From: an uncultured Prevotella sp.
GTDB taxonomy: Bacteria > Bacteroidota > Bacteroidia > Bacteroidales > Bacteroidaceae
Assembly: GCA_944319945.1 (NCBI GenBank)
Contig: CALUFN010000003.1
Coordinates: forward strand, 4,101 to 68,100
DNA length: 64,000 nt
Direction: 5' to 3'
Shown here: positions 10,013 through 19,105 of the stretch, piece after piece
Layout of the letters: each line of letters starts with the position of its first letter
Numbering within the stretch: position 1 is the first letter of the stretch
Made by a program: the position numbers and the translations under genes
The notes under the pieces: model-generated
Database searches by the model: none
Told to the model about the DNA's origin: nothing
What the model saw: the letters and a program-made list of their open reading frames with translations, nothing else

Positions 10013-10220
10013 TGCGCAATTCCTCTAAAAATTCTTCCGCAGGTCTTGTTCTGCCTGCTTTAACATCTTTCAGACCGAGGTCGATGCCGGCAAGTATCTC
10101 TTCCTTGCTGATTGTTTCAGGGGTGTTTACGCTTAAGTCCTCAATGAGCTTATCAGACAGCCATTTCTTGTTGCTTTTCGGCAGCGACTAAAGGTGCTCC
10201 ATTGCTGTTAACGGCTTCAT
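10002..10220 (-). pseudogene. Putative antitoxin with in-frame TAG at codon 11
   Basis: Manual translation MKPLTAMEHL*SLPKSNKKWLSDKLIEDL...ISKEEILAGIDLGLKDVKAGRTRPAEEFLEELRNGI*. Overlaps the toxin start by 11 nt; GGAGG precedes the ATG. Confidence 0.75.
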
Positions 10221-10440
10221 GTCTTATTCCTCCTTGATTTTAATGTTATATTTGCAAAGATACGATTTTTTCCTGTTCGTGCAATGATTTTATCGTAAAA
10301 TGTTATTTATCCGTCAAATATGATTTCGATTTGTACCCGTTACCGGCGGGCACTGATGCGTCAATATAAGGAAGAAGCCTATTATGTGGTTTATGCTTGA
10401 TTAACTTATTGATTTACAATGTTTTATGACGCGCCTTGCA

Positions 10441-10519
10441 AAAGGCCGCCTTTTGCCGTGTAAAAGGTAACCTTTCAGGCCGTAAAAGGTTGCCTTTGGC
10501 GTGGTTAATGGCAACCTTT
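10441..10519. repeat. 22-bp-phased palindrome array 1 (4 units)
   Basis: Units at 10441, 10463, 10485, 10507: AAAGGCCGCCTTT, AAAGGTAACCTTT, AAAGGTTGCCTTT, AATGGCAACCTTT. Confidence 0.9.
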
Positions 10520-10573
10520 TGCAAGGACATTGGCATGCGTTTTCACGTTGTTTGAAAAATAATCGCAATTCGT

Positions 10574-10603
10574 TGCAACTTTTCCACCCTTACATGCGTC
10601 TAA
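10574..10603 (+). promoter_or_regulatory. ECF-sigma-type promoter of the DUF6249-sigma-antisigma operon
   Basis: TGCAAC (10574-10579), 17-nt spacer, CGTCTAA (10597-10603); resembles SigW-like AAC/CGTC promoters. Confidence 0.7.
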
Positions 10604-10631
10604 CATGCAGAAACAAAAAAACGATGAAGAT

Positions 10632-11315
10632 ATGAAGAATTTACTTGTTACGTTGATTATGGCCGTGGCGTTCGGCCTTGCGGCTGAGGCACAGTCGTCA
10701 GCCTATAAACCTAACGCCAATGCCGCATCGGAAGTGAGTGCCGACGACACCGCCGCCATCGTGGCTTATTCAGACACCGCTTCCTCTGACACTGTAGCCC
10801 ATGCTTCACAGTCTTCAAGGCAGACGTGGCAGCAGCAGGTGTTAGACGATGACACGTCGTGGAATCGCGTCAGCGACCCGTTCGAGCTAATCGCTTATCT
10901 CACCACGATAGGGATGGGAGGCGTGGTTGTCGCCATCTTTTTCGTATTGTTGTGCATCGTTGTGGTGTTCTCGCCCATAATCCTCATTGCCGTCATCCTG
11001 TATCTCGTGTTCAAGCGCCGGAACGAGCGTTACAAAGCCATGGAGAAGGCCGTGGAGTCGGGGCGGCCCGTGCCTGAAGAGATGCGCAGCCCGGTGTTTG
11101 AGAGCAGCGAAGTGTTGTGGCGCAAGGGCGTGAAAAACTTTTTCATAGGCCTCGGTCTGGTTGCCATGTTCCTGTCTTTTGACGTAGAAGAGCTTGTCGG
11201 TATCGGCGTGCTTGTAGCCCTTTACGGCGCAGGGCAGGCCGTGATAGCCTACACCACGCGTAAGAAGAATGAAGCTAAGGACGACGGCATTGACGACGAT
11301 TACACCGTAGACTGA
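10632..11315 (+). CDS. DUF6249-like membrane protein with signal peptide
   Basis: Signal peptide, low-complexity linker, long TM segment, RYKAMEKAVESG...LWRKGVKNFFIGLGL. Start at 10632 preferred because 10605 lies upstream of the predicted TSS. Confidence 0.7.
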   Translation: MKNLLVTLIMAVAFGLAAEAQSSAYKPNANAASEVSADDTAAIVAYSDTASSDTVAHASQSSRQTWQQQVLDDDTSWNRVSDPFELIAYLTTIGMGGVVVAIFFVLLCIVVVFSPIILIAVILYLVFKRRNERYKAMEKAVESGRPVPEEMRSPVFESSEVLWRKGVKNFFIGLGLVAMFLSFDVEELVGIGVLVALYGAGQAVIAYTTRKKNEAKDDGIDDDYTVD

Positions 11316-11355
11316 CTTCGCCGTGAGACCGTAAGCTATTGTATATAAGGAATAT

Positions 11356-11892
11356 ATGAAAGATCTGACCGACATATCACTAGTAGCCCGGGTAGTGGCG
11401 TTCGGCGACAAGCGTGCCTTCGACGCTCTCGTTAAGCGCCACCAGTCGGCCGTCAGGCGGTTCCTGTTGGGGCTGACGCTCGGCGACTCGGCCCTGAGCG
11501 ACGACTTGGCGCAGGACACTTTCATAAAAGCCTATACCCACATCGGCAGCTACTGCGGCTCGGCCGGCTTTTCCACATGGCTCTTCCGCATAGCTTACCG
11601 TGTGTTTCTCGACGACGTTAGGACGCGAAGGCTTACCGCCGACATTGACGGCGACGCGGCTAGACGCGCCGGCCGCAGTGCAGACGTGGCACTGAAAATC
11701 GACATTTACGAATGCCTTAAGATGCTAAAGCCCGACGAGCGCCTGTGCGTCACCTTGCAACTTGTCGAAGGGCAGAGCATTGGGCGCATCGCCGTGATAA
11801 CGGGTATGCCTGAGGGCACGGTGAAGTCGCACCTCGCCCGAGGTAAGTCAAAACTTGCAACGATATTAAAGGAGAACGGATATGATAGATGA
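11356..11892 (+). CDS. ECF RNA polymerase sigma-70 factor
   Basis: DDLAQDTFIKAY, FSTWLFRIAYR (region 2) and GTVKSHLARG (region 4). Confidence 0.93.
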   Translation: MKDLTDISLVARVVAFGDKRAFDALVKRHQSAVRRFLLGLTLGDSALSDDLAQDTFIKAYTHIGSYCGSAGFSTWLFRIAYRVFLDDVRTRRLTADIDGDAARRAGRSADVALKIDIYECLKMLKPDERLCVTLQLVEGQSIGRIAVITGMPEGTVKSHLARGKSKLATILKENGYDR

Positions 11893-12211
11893 CAGGGACG
11901 AACTTTTAGTAAGGAAGTTTTTCGATGAGAACAAGATTGAGCTGCCTGACGACGGCTTCTCGCGCCGTGTCATGCGCCGCTTGCCCGACCGCGCGCGCCG
12001 CCTTAACCGCATTTGGACGGCCGTGTGCCTCGTGGCCGGCGCGCTGTTGTGCGCCGTGTTCGATTGGTTCGGCACGTTGTCGGCCGTCGTCAAGGAGTCG
12101 GTCTCGCTTGTTTCTGCCGACCCCGTGCTCTCAGGGCATCCTTATCTGCTCTGGCAATTGCTGATAATGATAATCCTAATCGGTGGCTATAAGGTGCTGG
12201 CTAAGGAGTGA
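11882..12211 (+). CDS. DUF5056-like putative anti-sigma factor
   Basis: DDGFSRRVMRRLP followed by two TM helices; overlaps the sigma stop codon. Confidence 0.7.
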   Translation: MIDDRDELLVRKFFDENKIELPDDGFSRRVMRRLPDRARRLNRIWTAVCLVAGALLCAVFDWFGTLSAVVKESVSLVSADPVLSGHPYLLWQLLIMIILIGGYKVLAKE

Positions 12212-12223
12212 AACGCATTCAAC

Positions 12224-14296
12224 TTATTCAAAATCAAAGAATAAGTCGTCGTCACTCTTGCCGCCGTCGGCAGGCTCCTGCGGTTTGGGAGGATTCTTAA
12301 GGTTGCCGTGCTCGTCGAACATTCCGTAGGTGATGCGCAGCACTATGAACTCAGTACGCCTGTTCAGCTGGTTGCATATCTCCTGCTTCTCCTCGTCGAG
12401 CTTCTTTATGAACTCCTCGGTGAGCACGTCGCCTTCTTTCAGCCACGGGTATTTCTCAGTCAGCTTCTTGCGCACGGTCTTGGGTTTCTCCTTGCCGTAA
12501 CCAACGGGCGAGAGGCGATCTTTGGCTATTCCGTGCTCTACGAGATAGTTTACCACGGCTTCTGCCCTTCTTTGCGAGAGTGTCTTGTTGTATTCGGCAC
12601 TGCCCTTGTAGTCGCAGTGGGCGCTCAGCTCAATAGTCACGTTGGGGTTTTCGTTGAGCAGTTTCACCAGCTCGTCGAGCGCCTTTTCAGACTCGGGGCG
12701 AAGCGTGTACTTATCGAAGTCGTAGAAGATGTTGTCTATCAGCACCGGCACACGTATCGAAGCCAATGGAAACTGCAGCACGTATTCCTCCGATTCGGTC
12801 ACGGGCTGCACCCTCAGTTCTTCCTTGTGGTTGAGAAATCCCTTGCACGTGGCAAGGAAGATGTAGTCTACGTTGGGGTTTATCACCTGCGTAAACGAGC
12901 CGTCGCCCTTTACGCTCAACTTCAGGTTGGTGCCGTCGCTGCCCACCATGTACACCTCGGCGTCGGGCAGTTCGTAGCCGTCCATCTCGTAGACCCAGCC
13001 CTTTACGGTCTGTATGATCTCAGGTTTCTCGAAGCTGTATATGTGGTCCCAGCCGCGCGCGTCGCCCCGGTTTGACGAGAAGAAGCCTCGGTTGTGCAGC
13101 CCCTCGAAGGTCATTCCGAAGTCGTCGCCCTGCGAGTTGAGCGGATACCCCGGGTGTTCGAGCACGAATCTTTTCGTCCGTTTGTCCACTTTCGCTATGT
13201 AGATGTCGAGTCCGCCGAGTCCTTTGTGGCCGTTTGATGAGAAATACAGGTCGCCGTTTGGCCTGAACGTGGGGAACATCTCGTCGCCCGGCGTGTTGAC
13301 AGGCTCGCCCAAATTCTCTACGCCTCCAAGCCCGGCCTCGGTCAGGCGGATGCGCCAAATGTCGAGACCGCCCTTTCCTCCGGGCATGTCAGAAGTGAAG
13401 TAGAGCCAAAGCCCGTCGGGAGATATTGCGGGATGGGCGTAGCTTGACAGCGTGTCGCGCGTTATTTCGAGCGTCTGCGGCTTGCCCCACGAGGCGTCGG
13501 CCCTTGCCGACGTGGCTATCGTTGCAAACCTCGGATAGTTCGGGTCGGTGACGCATTGTGTCAGGTACATCTCGCTTTGGTCGGGCGTAAAGCAGCATGC
13601 GCCCTCGTCAAACTCTGTGTTCAGCCCCGATTCTATCGTCTCCGGCCGTTGCCATTTGCCGTTTTCGTCCTTCTGCGAGAAGAATATGTCGCCGGGTTTC
13701 GTGCCCGTTATGCCGCTGAGTTCGTCGCCCTGGGCCTCGTTGCGGGTGGAAGTGAAGTAGAGTTGGTCGTACTCGTCGCCGAAGAGCATCGGCGAATAGT
13801 CGGCCCGCCGAGAGTTGAATATGTCCATCTTCTTCACAATGTAGCGCGAGCCTGCTTCCTTTTCAGCCTGCGCCGTCTGTGCGGCGAGCAGTCCGGTCTT
13901 GGCCAGTTCGTTGTCGGGAAGCGAGTCTAAGACTAATTGGAACTCCTTAGCGGCCTCCTTGTAGCTTGCCGCCTTCATCAGCAATCGCGCCAAAGCGAGG
14001 TGTGTGTCCGTGCTGTCTTTCTTGTAACGGATGACGTTGCGGTAGGCGGCAATGGCTTTCGAGTTTGAGTTTATGCGGTCGTAGCAGTAGGCAAGTTTGC
14101 GCGCACGCTCGCCGCGTTTGGCCCTTTCCTTAGTCGGGGTCTTGTTGTAGGCCACCTTAAATTCCTCTGCCGCGTCGTAATATTCGCCGATGGCGAGAAA
14201 CTTCTCGCCCTTTTTCATGTAGTGGTCTGCGCCGCACGAGACTGTGAGCAGCACCATGACACACATTATCATATATGTAGAGACTCTTGCGTTCAT
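12224..14296 (-). CDS. porE: PorE-like lipoprotein (TPR + PD40 + OmpA-like peptidoglycan-binding domain)
   Basis: Lipobox LLTVSC, TPR N-terminus, PD40 repeats (LYFTSTR, LYFSSNG) and OmpA domain (IFYDFDK...LSQRRAEAV...NRRTEF). Confidence 0.8.
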   Translation of the reverse strand: MNARVSTYMIMCVMVLLTVSCGADHYMKKGEKFLAIGEYYDAAEEFKVAYNKTPTKERAKRGERARKLAYCYDRINSNSKAIAAYRNVIRYKKDSTDTHLALARLLMKAASYKEAAKEFQLVLDSLPDNELAKTGLLAAQTAQAEKEAGSRYIVKKMDIFNSRRADYSPMLFGDEYDQLYFTSTRNEAQGDELSGITGTKPGDIFFSQKDENGKWQRPETIESGLNTEFDEGACCFTPDQSEMYLTQCVTDPNYPRFATIATSARADASWGKPQTLEITRDTLSSYAHPAISPDGLWLYFTSDMPGGKGGLDIWRIRLTEAGLGGVENLGEPVNTPGDEMFPTFRPNGDLYFSSNGHKGLGGLDIYIAKVDKRTKRFVLEHPGYPLNSQGDDFGMTFEGLHNRGFFSSNRGDARGWDHIYSFEKPEIIQTVKGWVYEMDGYELPDAEVYMVGSDGTNLKLSVKGDGSFTQVINPNVDYIFLATCKGFLNHKEELRVQPVTESEEYVLQFPLASIRVPVLIDNIFYDFDKYTLRPESEKALDELVKLLNENPNVTIELSAHCDYKGSAEYNKTLSQRRAEAVVNYLVEHGIAKDRLSPVGYGKEKPKTVRKKLTEKYPWLKEGDVLTEEFIKKLDEEKQEICNQLNRRTEFIVLRITYGMFDEHGNLKNPPKPQEPADGGKSDDDLFFDFE

Positions 14297-14408
14297 GTCG
14301 TTTTAGGTTATACGGTCATGTATAATAACTTGTTTTTCCCCGTTTTATTGCTTTCGTTACAGTCAGAAAAACAAATCTGAGATCTATTGAACGCGGCGCG
14401 GCAAGGCT

Positions 14409-16451
14409 CTACTTAAACGGCAGGCGGAATGTGCAGCCTTCGCGCCAGCGGTCGCATCCGTAGGCGGTCTTGCCCTTTATTATGTGTCCTTTGCCGCATG
14501 CGGGGCACGTCGAGCCTATTATCGAGTCGTCGGCAGGCATCACTTCTGCCTGCCGCTTGCCGCCGGCCGGCGCGGCAGCGGCCACGGTCGCGGCTTTAGG
14601 TCTTGGCTTGGCGGCCTTCTTCTGAGTCTTCTTTTTCAGGTCCTCGTCGGTCATCACGGTCACGTGGCGGTTGCTGTTGTCGGCAAGCACGTCGTTCACT
14701 ATCTGCGTGATCTGCTGCTTCAGTTCGTCGATAAACTGCCCGGCGTCGTATTTCCGGTGCTCAATGTCGCGCAGTTTCTTTTCCCAGATGCCCGTAAGCT
14801 CGCAGCTCTTCAGCAGTTCTTCCTTTATGGTGTCTATCAGTTCGATGCCCGTAGGCGTGGCGACGATGTTCTTACGCTCACGCTTGATGTATAGGCGTTT
14901 GAACAAAGTCTCTATTATGTTTGCGCGCGACGACGGCCGGCCGATGCCGTTTTCCTTCAATGCGGCGCGCAGTTCTTCGTCGTCGACGAACTTTCCGGCC
15001 GTTTCCATCGCCCTGAGCAGCGTCGCTTCGGTGTAGTATTTGGGTGGAGTAGTCCACTTCTCGGTAAGCGTAGGCGCATGGGGGCCGCTTTCCCCTTTTG
15101 CGAATGCGGGCAACGTGCGCTCCTCGTCCTGAGGTTTTGCGCCGTCGTTGTCGGCCGTTTGCGCGTCTTTGGCGTATATGATGCGCCAGCCCGGGTCGAG
15201 AATCTGCTTGCCGCTGACCTTGAAGTCAACGTCGTCAACCTTTCCAGTGACCGTGGTGGTCGAGAACTTGCAGTCGGGATAGAATACGCTGATGAAACGC
15301 CGGGCCACCAAGTCGTAGACGTGACGCTCAAGGTCGGTGAGGCCCGAGGCCGGAACGCCCGTGGGTATGATGGCGTGGTGGTCGGTTACTTTCGACGAGT
15401 CGAACACCTTCTTGCTTTTAGGTAGTGGCTTTCCGGCAAGCGGCTGGGTGAACGTCTCGTATCCGCGCAGACCCTTCAGCGTAGCCGGGCACTTGGGATA
15501 GATGTCGTCGCTGAGGTACTGAGTGTCTACACGGGGATACGTGGTGAGCTTCTTCTCGTAGAGCGACTGTATCACGTTGAGCGTTGTCTCGGCGCTCATT
15601 GAGAACTTCTTGTTGCAGTCCACCTGCAGCGAGGTGAGGTCGTAGAGGTGGGGCGGAGCCTCCTTGCCGGCTTTCTTTTGCACGTCGGTTACGGTGAACG
15701 GCTTGTCCGCAATCTTGGCGAACGAAGCCTCGCCCTCCTCCTTGCTCGTAAACTTGCCTGCGGTGGCAGTGAACAGCGTGTCGCGGTAAACCGTGGAAAG
15801 CACCCAGTAAGGCTCGGGCTTGAAGTTGTCTATCTCCTTCTGGCGGTTCACTATCAGCGCGAGCGTAGGCGTCTGCACGCGTCCAATGGATAGCACTTGG
15901 CGGTTTTGCCCGTATTTCAGCGTGTAGAGGCGCGTGGCGTTCATGCCGAGCAGCCAGTCGCCTATGGCGCGGCTCAGTCCGGCGAGATACAGTGGTTGGT
16001 ATTCCTGCTGGTCTTTCAGCGTGCGGAAGCCCTCGCGTATGGCCTCGTCGGTCATCGACGAAATCCACAGACGCTTCACGGGGCACTTTGCCTGGGCCTT
16101 CTGCATCACCCACCGCTGTATCAGTTCGCCTTCCTGCCCGGCGTCGCCGCAGTTTATTATGCCGTCGGCGGCTTGCATGAGTCGCTCTATCACGGCGAAC
16201 TGCTTGAATATTCCCTTGTCGTCAATCAGTTTTATGCCGAACCGTTGGGGTATCATCGGCAGTGCGCCGAGGCTCCAGCGCTTCCACATCGGCGTATAGT
16301 CGTCAGGCTCTTTCAGCGTGCACAGGTGGCCGAAAGTCCACGTCACTTGGTACCCGTTGCCCTCGATGTATCCGTCGTGCGAGACGGTTGCGCCCAATAT
16401 CCGCGCTATGTCGCGCGCCACGCTCGGTTTTTCGGCAATGCAGACAATCAT
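14409..16451 (-). CDS. topB: DNA topoisomerase III (type IA)
   Basis: IAEKPSVA, DAGQEGELI, SIGRVQTPTL, catalytic TYPR, GIGRPSSRA and C-terminal Zn-ribbon (CPAC...C...C). Confidence 0.95.
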   Translation of the reverse strand: MIVCIAEKPSVARDIARILGATVSHDGYIEGNGYQVTWTFGHLCTLKEPDDYTPMWKRWSLGALPMIPQRFGIKLIDDKGIFKQFAVIERLMQAADGIINCGDAGQEGELIQRWVMQKAQAKCPVKRLWISSMTDEAIREGFRTLKDQQEYQPLYLAGLSRAIGDWLLGMNATRLYTLKYGQNRQVLSIGRVQTPTLALIVNRQKEIDNFKPEPYWVLSTVYRDTLFTATAGKFTSKEEGEASFAKIADKPFTVTDVQKKAGKEAPPHLYDLTSLQVDCNKKFSMSAETTLNVIQSLYEKKLTTYPRVDTQYLSDDIYPKCPATLKGLRGYETFTQPLAGKPLPKSKKVFDSSKVTDHHAIIPTGVPASGLTDLERHVYDLVARRFISVFYPDCKFSTTTVTGKVDDVDFKVSGKQILDPGWRIIYAKDAQTADNDGAKPQDEERTLPAFAKGESGPHAPTLTEKWTTPPKYYTEATLLRAMETAGKFVDDEELRAALKENGIGRPSSRANIIETLFKRLYIKRERKNIVATPTGIELIDTIKEELLKSCELTGIWEKKLRDIEHRKYDAGQFIDELKQQITQIVNDVLADNSNRHVTVMTDEDLKKKTQKKAAKPRPKAATVAAAAPAGGKRQAEVMPADDSIIGSTCPACGKGHIIKGKTAYGCDRWREGCTFRLPFK

Positions 16452-16455
16452 TTAT

Positions 16456-16570
16456 ATGAATTAAGAATTATGAATTAAGAGTTTCAATATAATTAAGAAT
16501 TAAGAGTTGAGAATTAAGAAAATATGACTTGTTGGAAATTTTCTTAATTCTCAACTCTTAATTCTTAACT
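16456..16570. repeat. Heptamer-built palindrome (perfect 31-bp arms 16493-16523 / 16538-16568)
   Basis: TTAAGAATTAAGAGTTGAGAATTAAGAAAAT and its exact reverse complement, with further TAAGAAT/TGAAT units upstream. Confidence 0.92.
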
Positions 16571-16572
16571 TC

Positions 16573-17208
16573 CTAATATCCCAAATCCTCGCCCACTAAA
16601 ACTACGGTGTGGCGGCCTGCCGGGTGTGAGTTGCGCATGAAGTGGATGTAGTTGCAGATGCTCTCGGGCGAGTTGCAGTTATGGCATACGCCGTCGATTT
16701 GGCAGGGGGTCTTGATGTCGAAGCGGGCTGCGTTGATGGGGCTGGCCGTCGAGCGGGCGCGCGCCAGCGCGCTTTCCACGTCTTGCGTCACCTTGTTGAG
16801 GCCCACCACGAAGATTACGTTCTTAGGCCCGAAGGTGATGGCGGCCACGCGGTTGCCGTTGCCGTCGATGTTTACTATCACGCCGTCTTCGCTTATCGCG
16901 TTGACGCTCGAGAGGTAATAGTCGGCCGAGAACGCCTCGCGGTATATGCGTTGGGCCTCGTCGCGGTCGGCGGCCAGGTCGCGGTCTAATATGTTAAGGT
17001 TGCGCTTGTGCAGGGCCTCGGTCAGCCCCATGTCGCGTATGGTCATCGAGCCGCCCCACGTAACGCTGCTTCCGTCGGGTATCATCGCCGATATCTTAAT
17101 TACGGCCTCGGCCGCCGTTGGGCAGTATGTTGCGTTAAAGTTACGCCGTTGCAGGTTTTTTATCATCTTCTGCGCAAGGCGTTCGTTGCGCGTTTCCTTA
17201 GGTGTCAT
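16573..17208 (-). CDS. LUD-domain (LutC/YkgG-like) lactate utilization protein
   Basis: VTWGGSMT, NAISEDG, NIDGNGNRVAA, VVGLNK and C-terminal CHNC...C motifs. Confidence 0.85.
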   Translation of the reverse strand: MTPKETRNERLAQKMIKNLQRRNFNATYCPTAAEAVIKISAMIPDGSSVTWGGSMTIRDMGLTEALHKRNLNILDRDLAADRDEAQRIYREAFSADYYLSSVNAISEDGVIVNIDGNGNRVAAITFGPKNVIFVVGLNKVTQDVESALARARSTASPINAARFDIKTPCQIDGVCHNCNSPESICNYIHFMRNSHPAGRHTVVLVGEDLGY

Positions 17209-17324
17209 AATGTTTTCGGATTAAATGTTTATGGATTTGGTGAATGCAAAGTTAATGATTTTTCGTCATTTCGGGCATAAAATCAGGGTTAATATTGACT
17301 ATGATTGTGGCAATTCGTGTTTCA

Positions 17325-17403
17325 GGAGGCCTTCTTCTGCGTCGTAAAAGGTAACCTTTCGCGTTGCAATAGGTTACCTTTTACGATGCGAAAGGTAACC
17401 TTT
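17325..17403. repeat. 22-bp-phased palindrome array 2 (4 units)
   Basis: Units at 17325 (degenerate), 17347, 17369, 17391: AAAGGTAACCTTT, ATAGGTTACCTTT, AAAGGTAACCTTT. Confidence 0.9.
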
Positions 17404-17657
17404 CGGATTGATAGCGTATGCCGCTCGTGTGCTTACGGTTTTCGTCGGTTGTTGCTACGGCTTGTGTTGTAGTGTAAGCTAAAGGATGCTTTGTACTTAC
17501 GGTTTTTACAGACTGACGGTTGCCAGCCGTGCCTCGTGCGTCTTATGGCGGCTTGTCGTGCCGCCGTAAATAAAGACGTGTTTACGTGATTAAAACATTT
17601 TGTATTTACATTGAAATGAGCTAACTTTGCAGCCCGTAATACAGACACCGCAAGTAG

Positions 17658-19073
17658 ATGGTCAGACTCATATCCATATTGTTGTTTTTAACTGTTGCGG
17701 CGGGCTCTTGGGCGCGTCCGGGCGGAACCGCGCACAAGATAGCTTACCCCGGAGGCAAGACTTACATGTTTCGTGTCATGCTGAAGGATAAGGCCGGTAC
17801 GCCTTTCAGCGTCAGTCGTCCGCGCGACTTCCTCTCGGCTAAGGCCGTGGCCAGGCGCAGGCGACAGCATCTCGGCATAGACTCTACCGACCTGCCGCTG
17901 AACCCCGCTTACGTCGATGCAGTGCGCTCCACGGGGGTCGACGTGGTGAGCCAAAGCAAATGGAACAACACCCTGCTCGTGCGCGGGCGCAACCTCGAGG
18001 TGCTACGCAGCGTGGCCCTGCTGGGCTGCGTCAGCGGCATAAGGAAGGTGTGGACATCGCCTGACTCTATCGACTCGGAGATGCCGAGGGTGAGGTTTCA
18101 CACGGAGTTCAACCGCTGGGACACCGTTGCGCAGAGTCGTTACGGAGTGACGTTCGACCAGATCGACATGCTCGGGGGCGTGAGCATGCACGACCGGGGA
18201 TTCCGCGGGCGCGGCATGACCGTGGCTGTGCTCGACGGCGGCTTCATGAACGCCGACCGCATACCGTGCCTTAAGGAGGCGCGCGTGGCCGGGTGGCGCG
18301 ACTTCGTGGTGCCACGGTCCGAGAGCGTGTTTAAGGAAATGGACCACGGCACCAAAGTGTTGTCAACGATGGCCGTCAACGTGCCCGGCGTGTTCGTCGG
18401 CACGGCTCCCGAGGCGTCTTACCTGCTGTTGAGATGCGAGGACAGCCGGACCGAGAGCCTTGCCGAGGAAGACTACTGGGCGGCAGCCGCCGAGTATGCC
18501 GACAGTGTCGGGGTCGACATAATAAGCAGTTCGCTGGGCTTCCACGCGTTCGACACTCCGTCAGACAATTACAGGCTGTCGCAGCTCGACGGGCGCACGG
18601 CCATGATATCGCGCACGGCCTCGATGCTCGCCGATAAGGGCATAGTCCTCGTGTGCAGCGCCGGCAACGACGGCATGGCATCGTGGAAAAAGATAAACGT
18701 GCCGGCCGACGCTACCGACATAATCACCGTGGGGGCCGTCACCCCCGACCGCCGCAACGCCTCTTTCAGCAGCATAGGCCCTACGGCCGACGGCCGTGTG
18801 AAGCCAGACGTGATGGCCCTGGGCAGCCCCACGGCCGTGATAACGGGGCGGGGCACCATAATTAAGGATGTGGGCACGTCGTTCTCTACGCCCGTAGTGG
18901 CCGGACTCGTGGCGTGCCTTTGGCAGGCGTTGCCCGGCCTGACGGCGAAAGACATAATACGCCTCGTAAGGGACAGCGCCGACAACCGCTCTACCCCCGA
19001 CAACATCTACGGCTACGGAATACCCGATTTCCGAAAGGCATACCAAGAGGGCCGGGCCGAAACAAGAAACTGA
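17658..19073 (+). CDS. Subtilisin-like S8 serine peptidase with signal peptide
   Basis: Catalytic triad motifs VAVLDGG, DHGTKV and GTSFS; SAGNDG; YGYGIPD. Confidence 0.92.
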   Translation: MVRLISILLFLTVAAGSWARPGGTAHKIAYPGGKTYMFRVMLKDKAGTPFSVSRPRDFLSAKAVARRRRQHLGIDSTDLPLNPAYVDAVRSTGVDVVSQSKWNNTLLVRGRNLEVLRSVALLGCVSGIRKVWTSPDSIDSEMPRVRFHTEFNRWDTVAQSRYGVTFDQIDMLGGVSMHDRGFRGRGMTVAVLDGGFMNADRIPCLKEARVAGWRDFVVPRSESVFKEMDHGTKVLSTMAVNVPGVFVGTAPEASYLLLRCEDSRTESLAEEDYWAAAAEYADSVGVDIISSSLGFHAFDTPSDNYRLSQLDGRTAMISRTASMLADKGIVLVCSAGNDGMASWKKINVPADATDIITVGAVTPDRRNASFSSIGPTADGRVKPDVMALGSPTAVITGRGTIIKDVGTSFSTPVVAGLVACLWQALPGLTAKDIIRLVRDSADNRSTPDNIYGYGIPDFRKAYQEGRAETRN

Positions 19074-19105
19074 ATGACACACAAAGTCATGACAAACAGC
19101 CGACC

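Noticed and set aside
10188-10190. TAG recoding (alternative genetic code or pyrrolysine) in the antitoxin
   Set aside because: TAG is a normal stop elsewhere in the window (parA, the lytic transglycosylase-adjacent genes such as pectinesterase, queF) and the partner toxin is also broken; simple decay explains it.
18914-19105. N-terminal extension of XseA in the ORF track (503 aa)
   Set aside because: It overlaps the S8 peptidase 3' end in another frame; XseA homology begins at MRNTL (19106).
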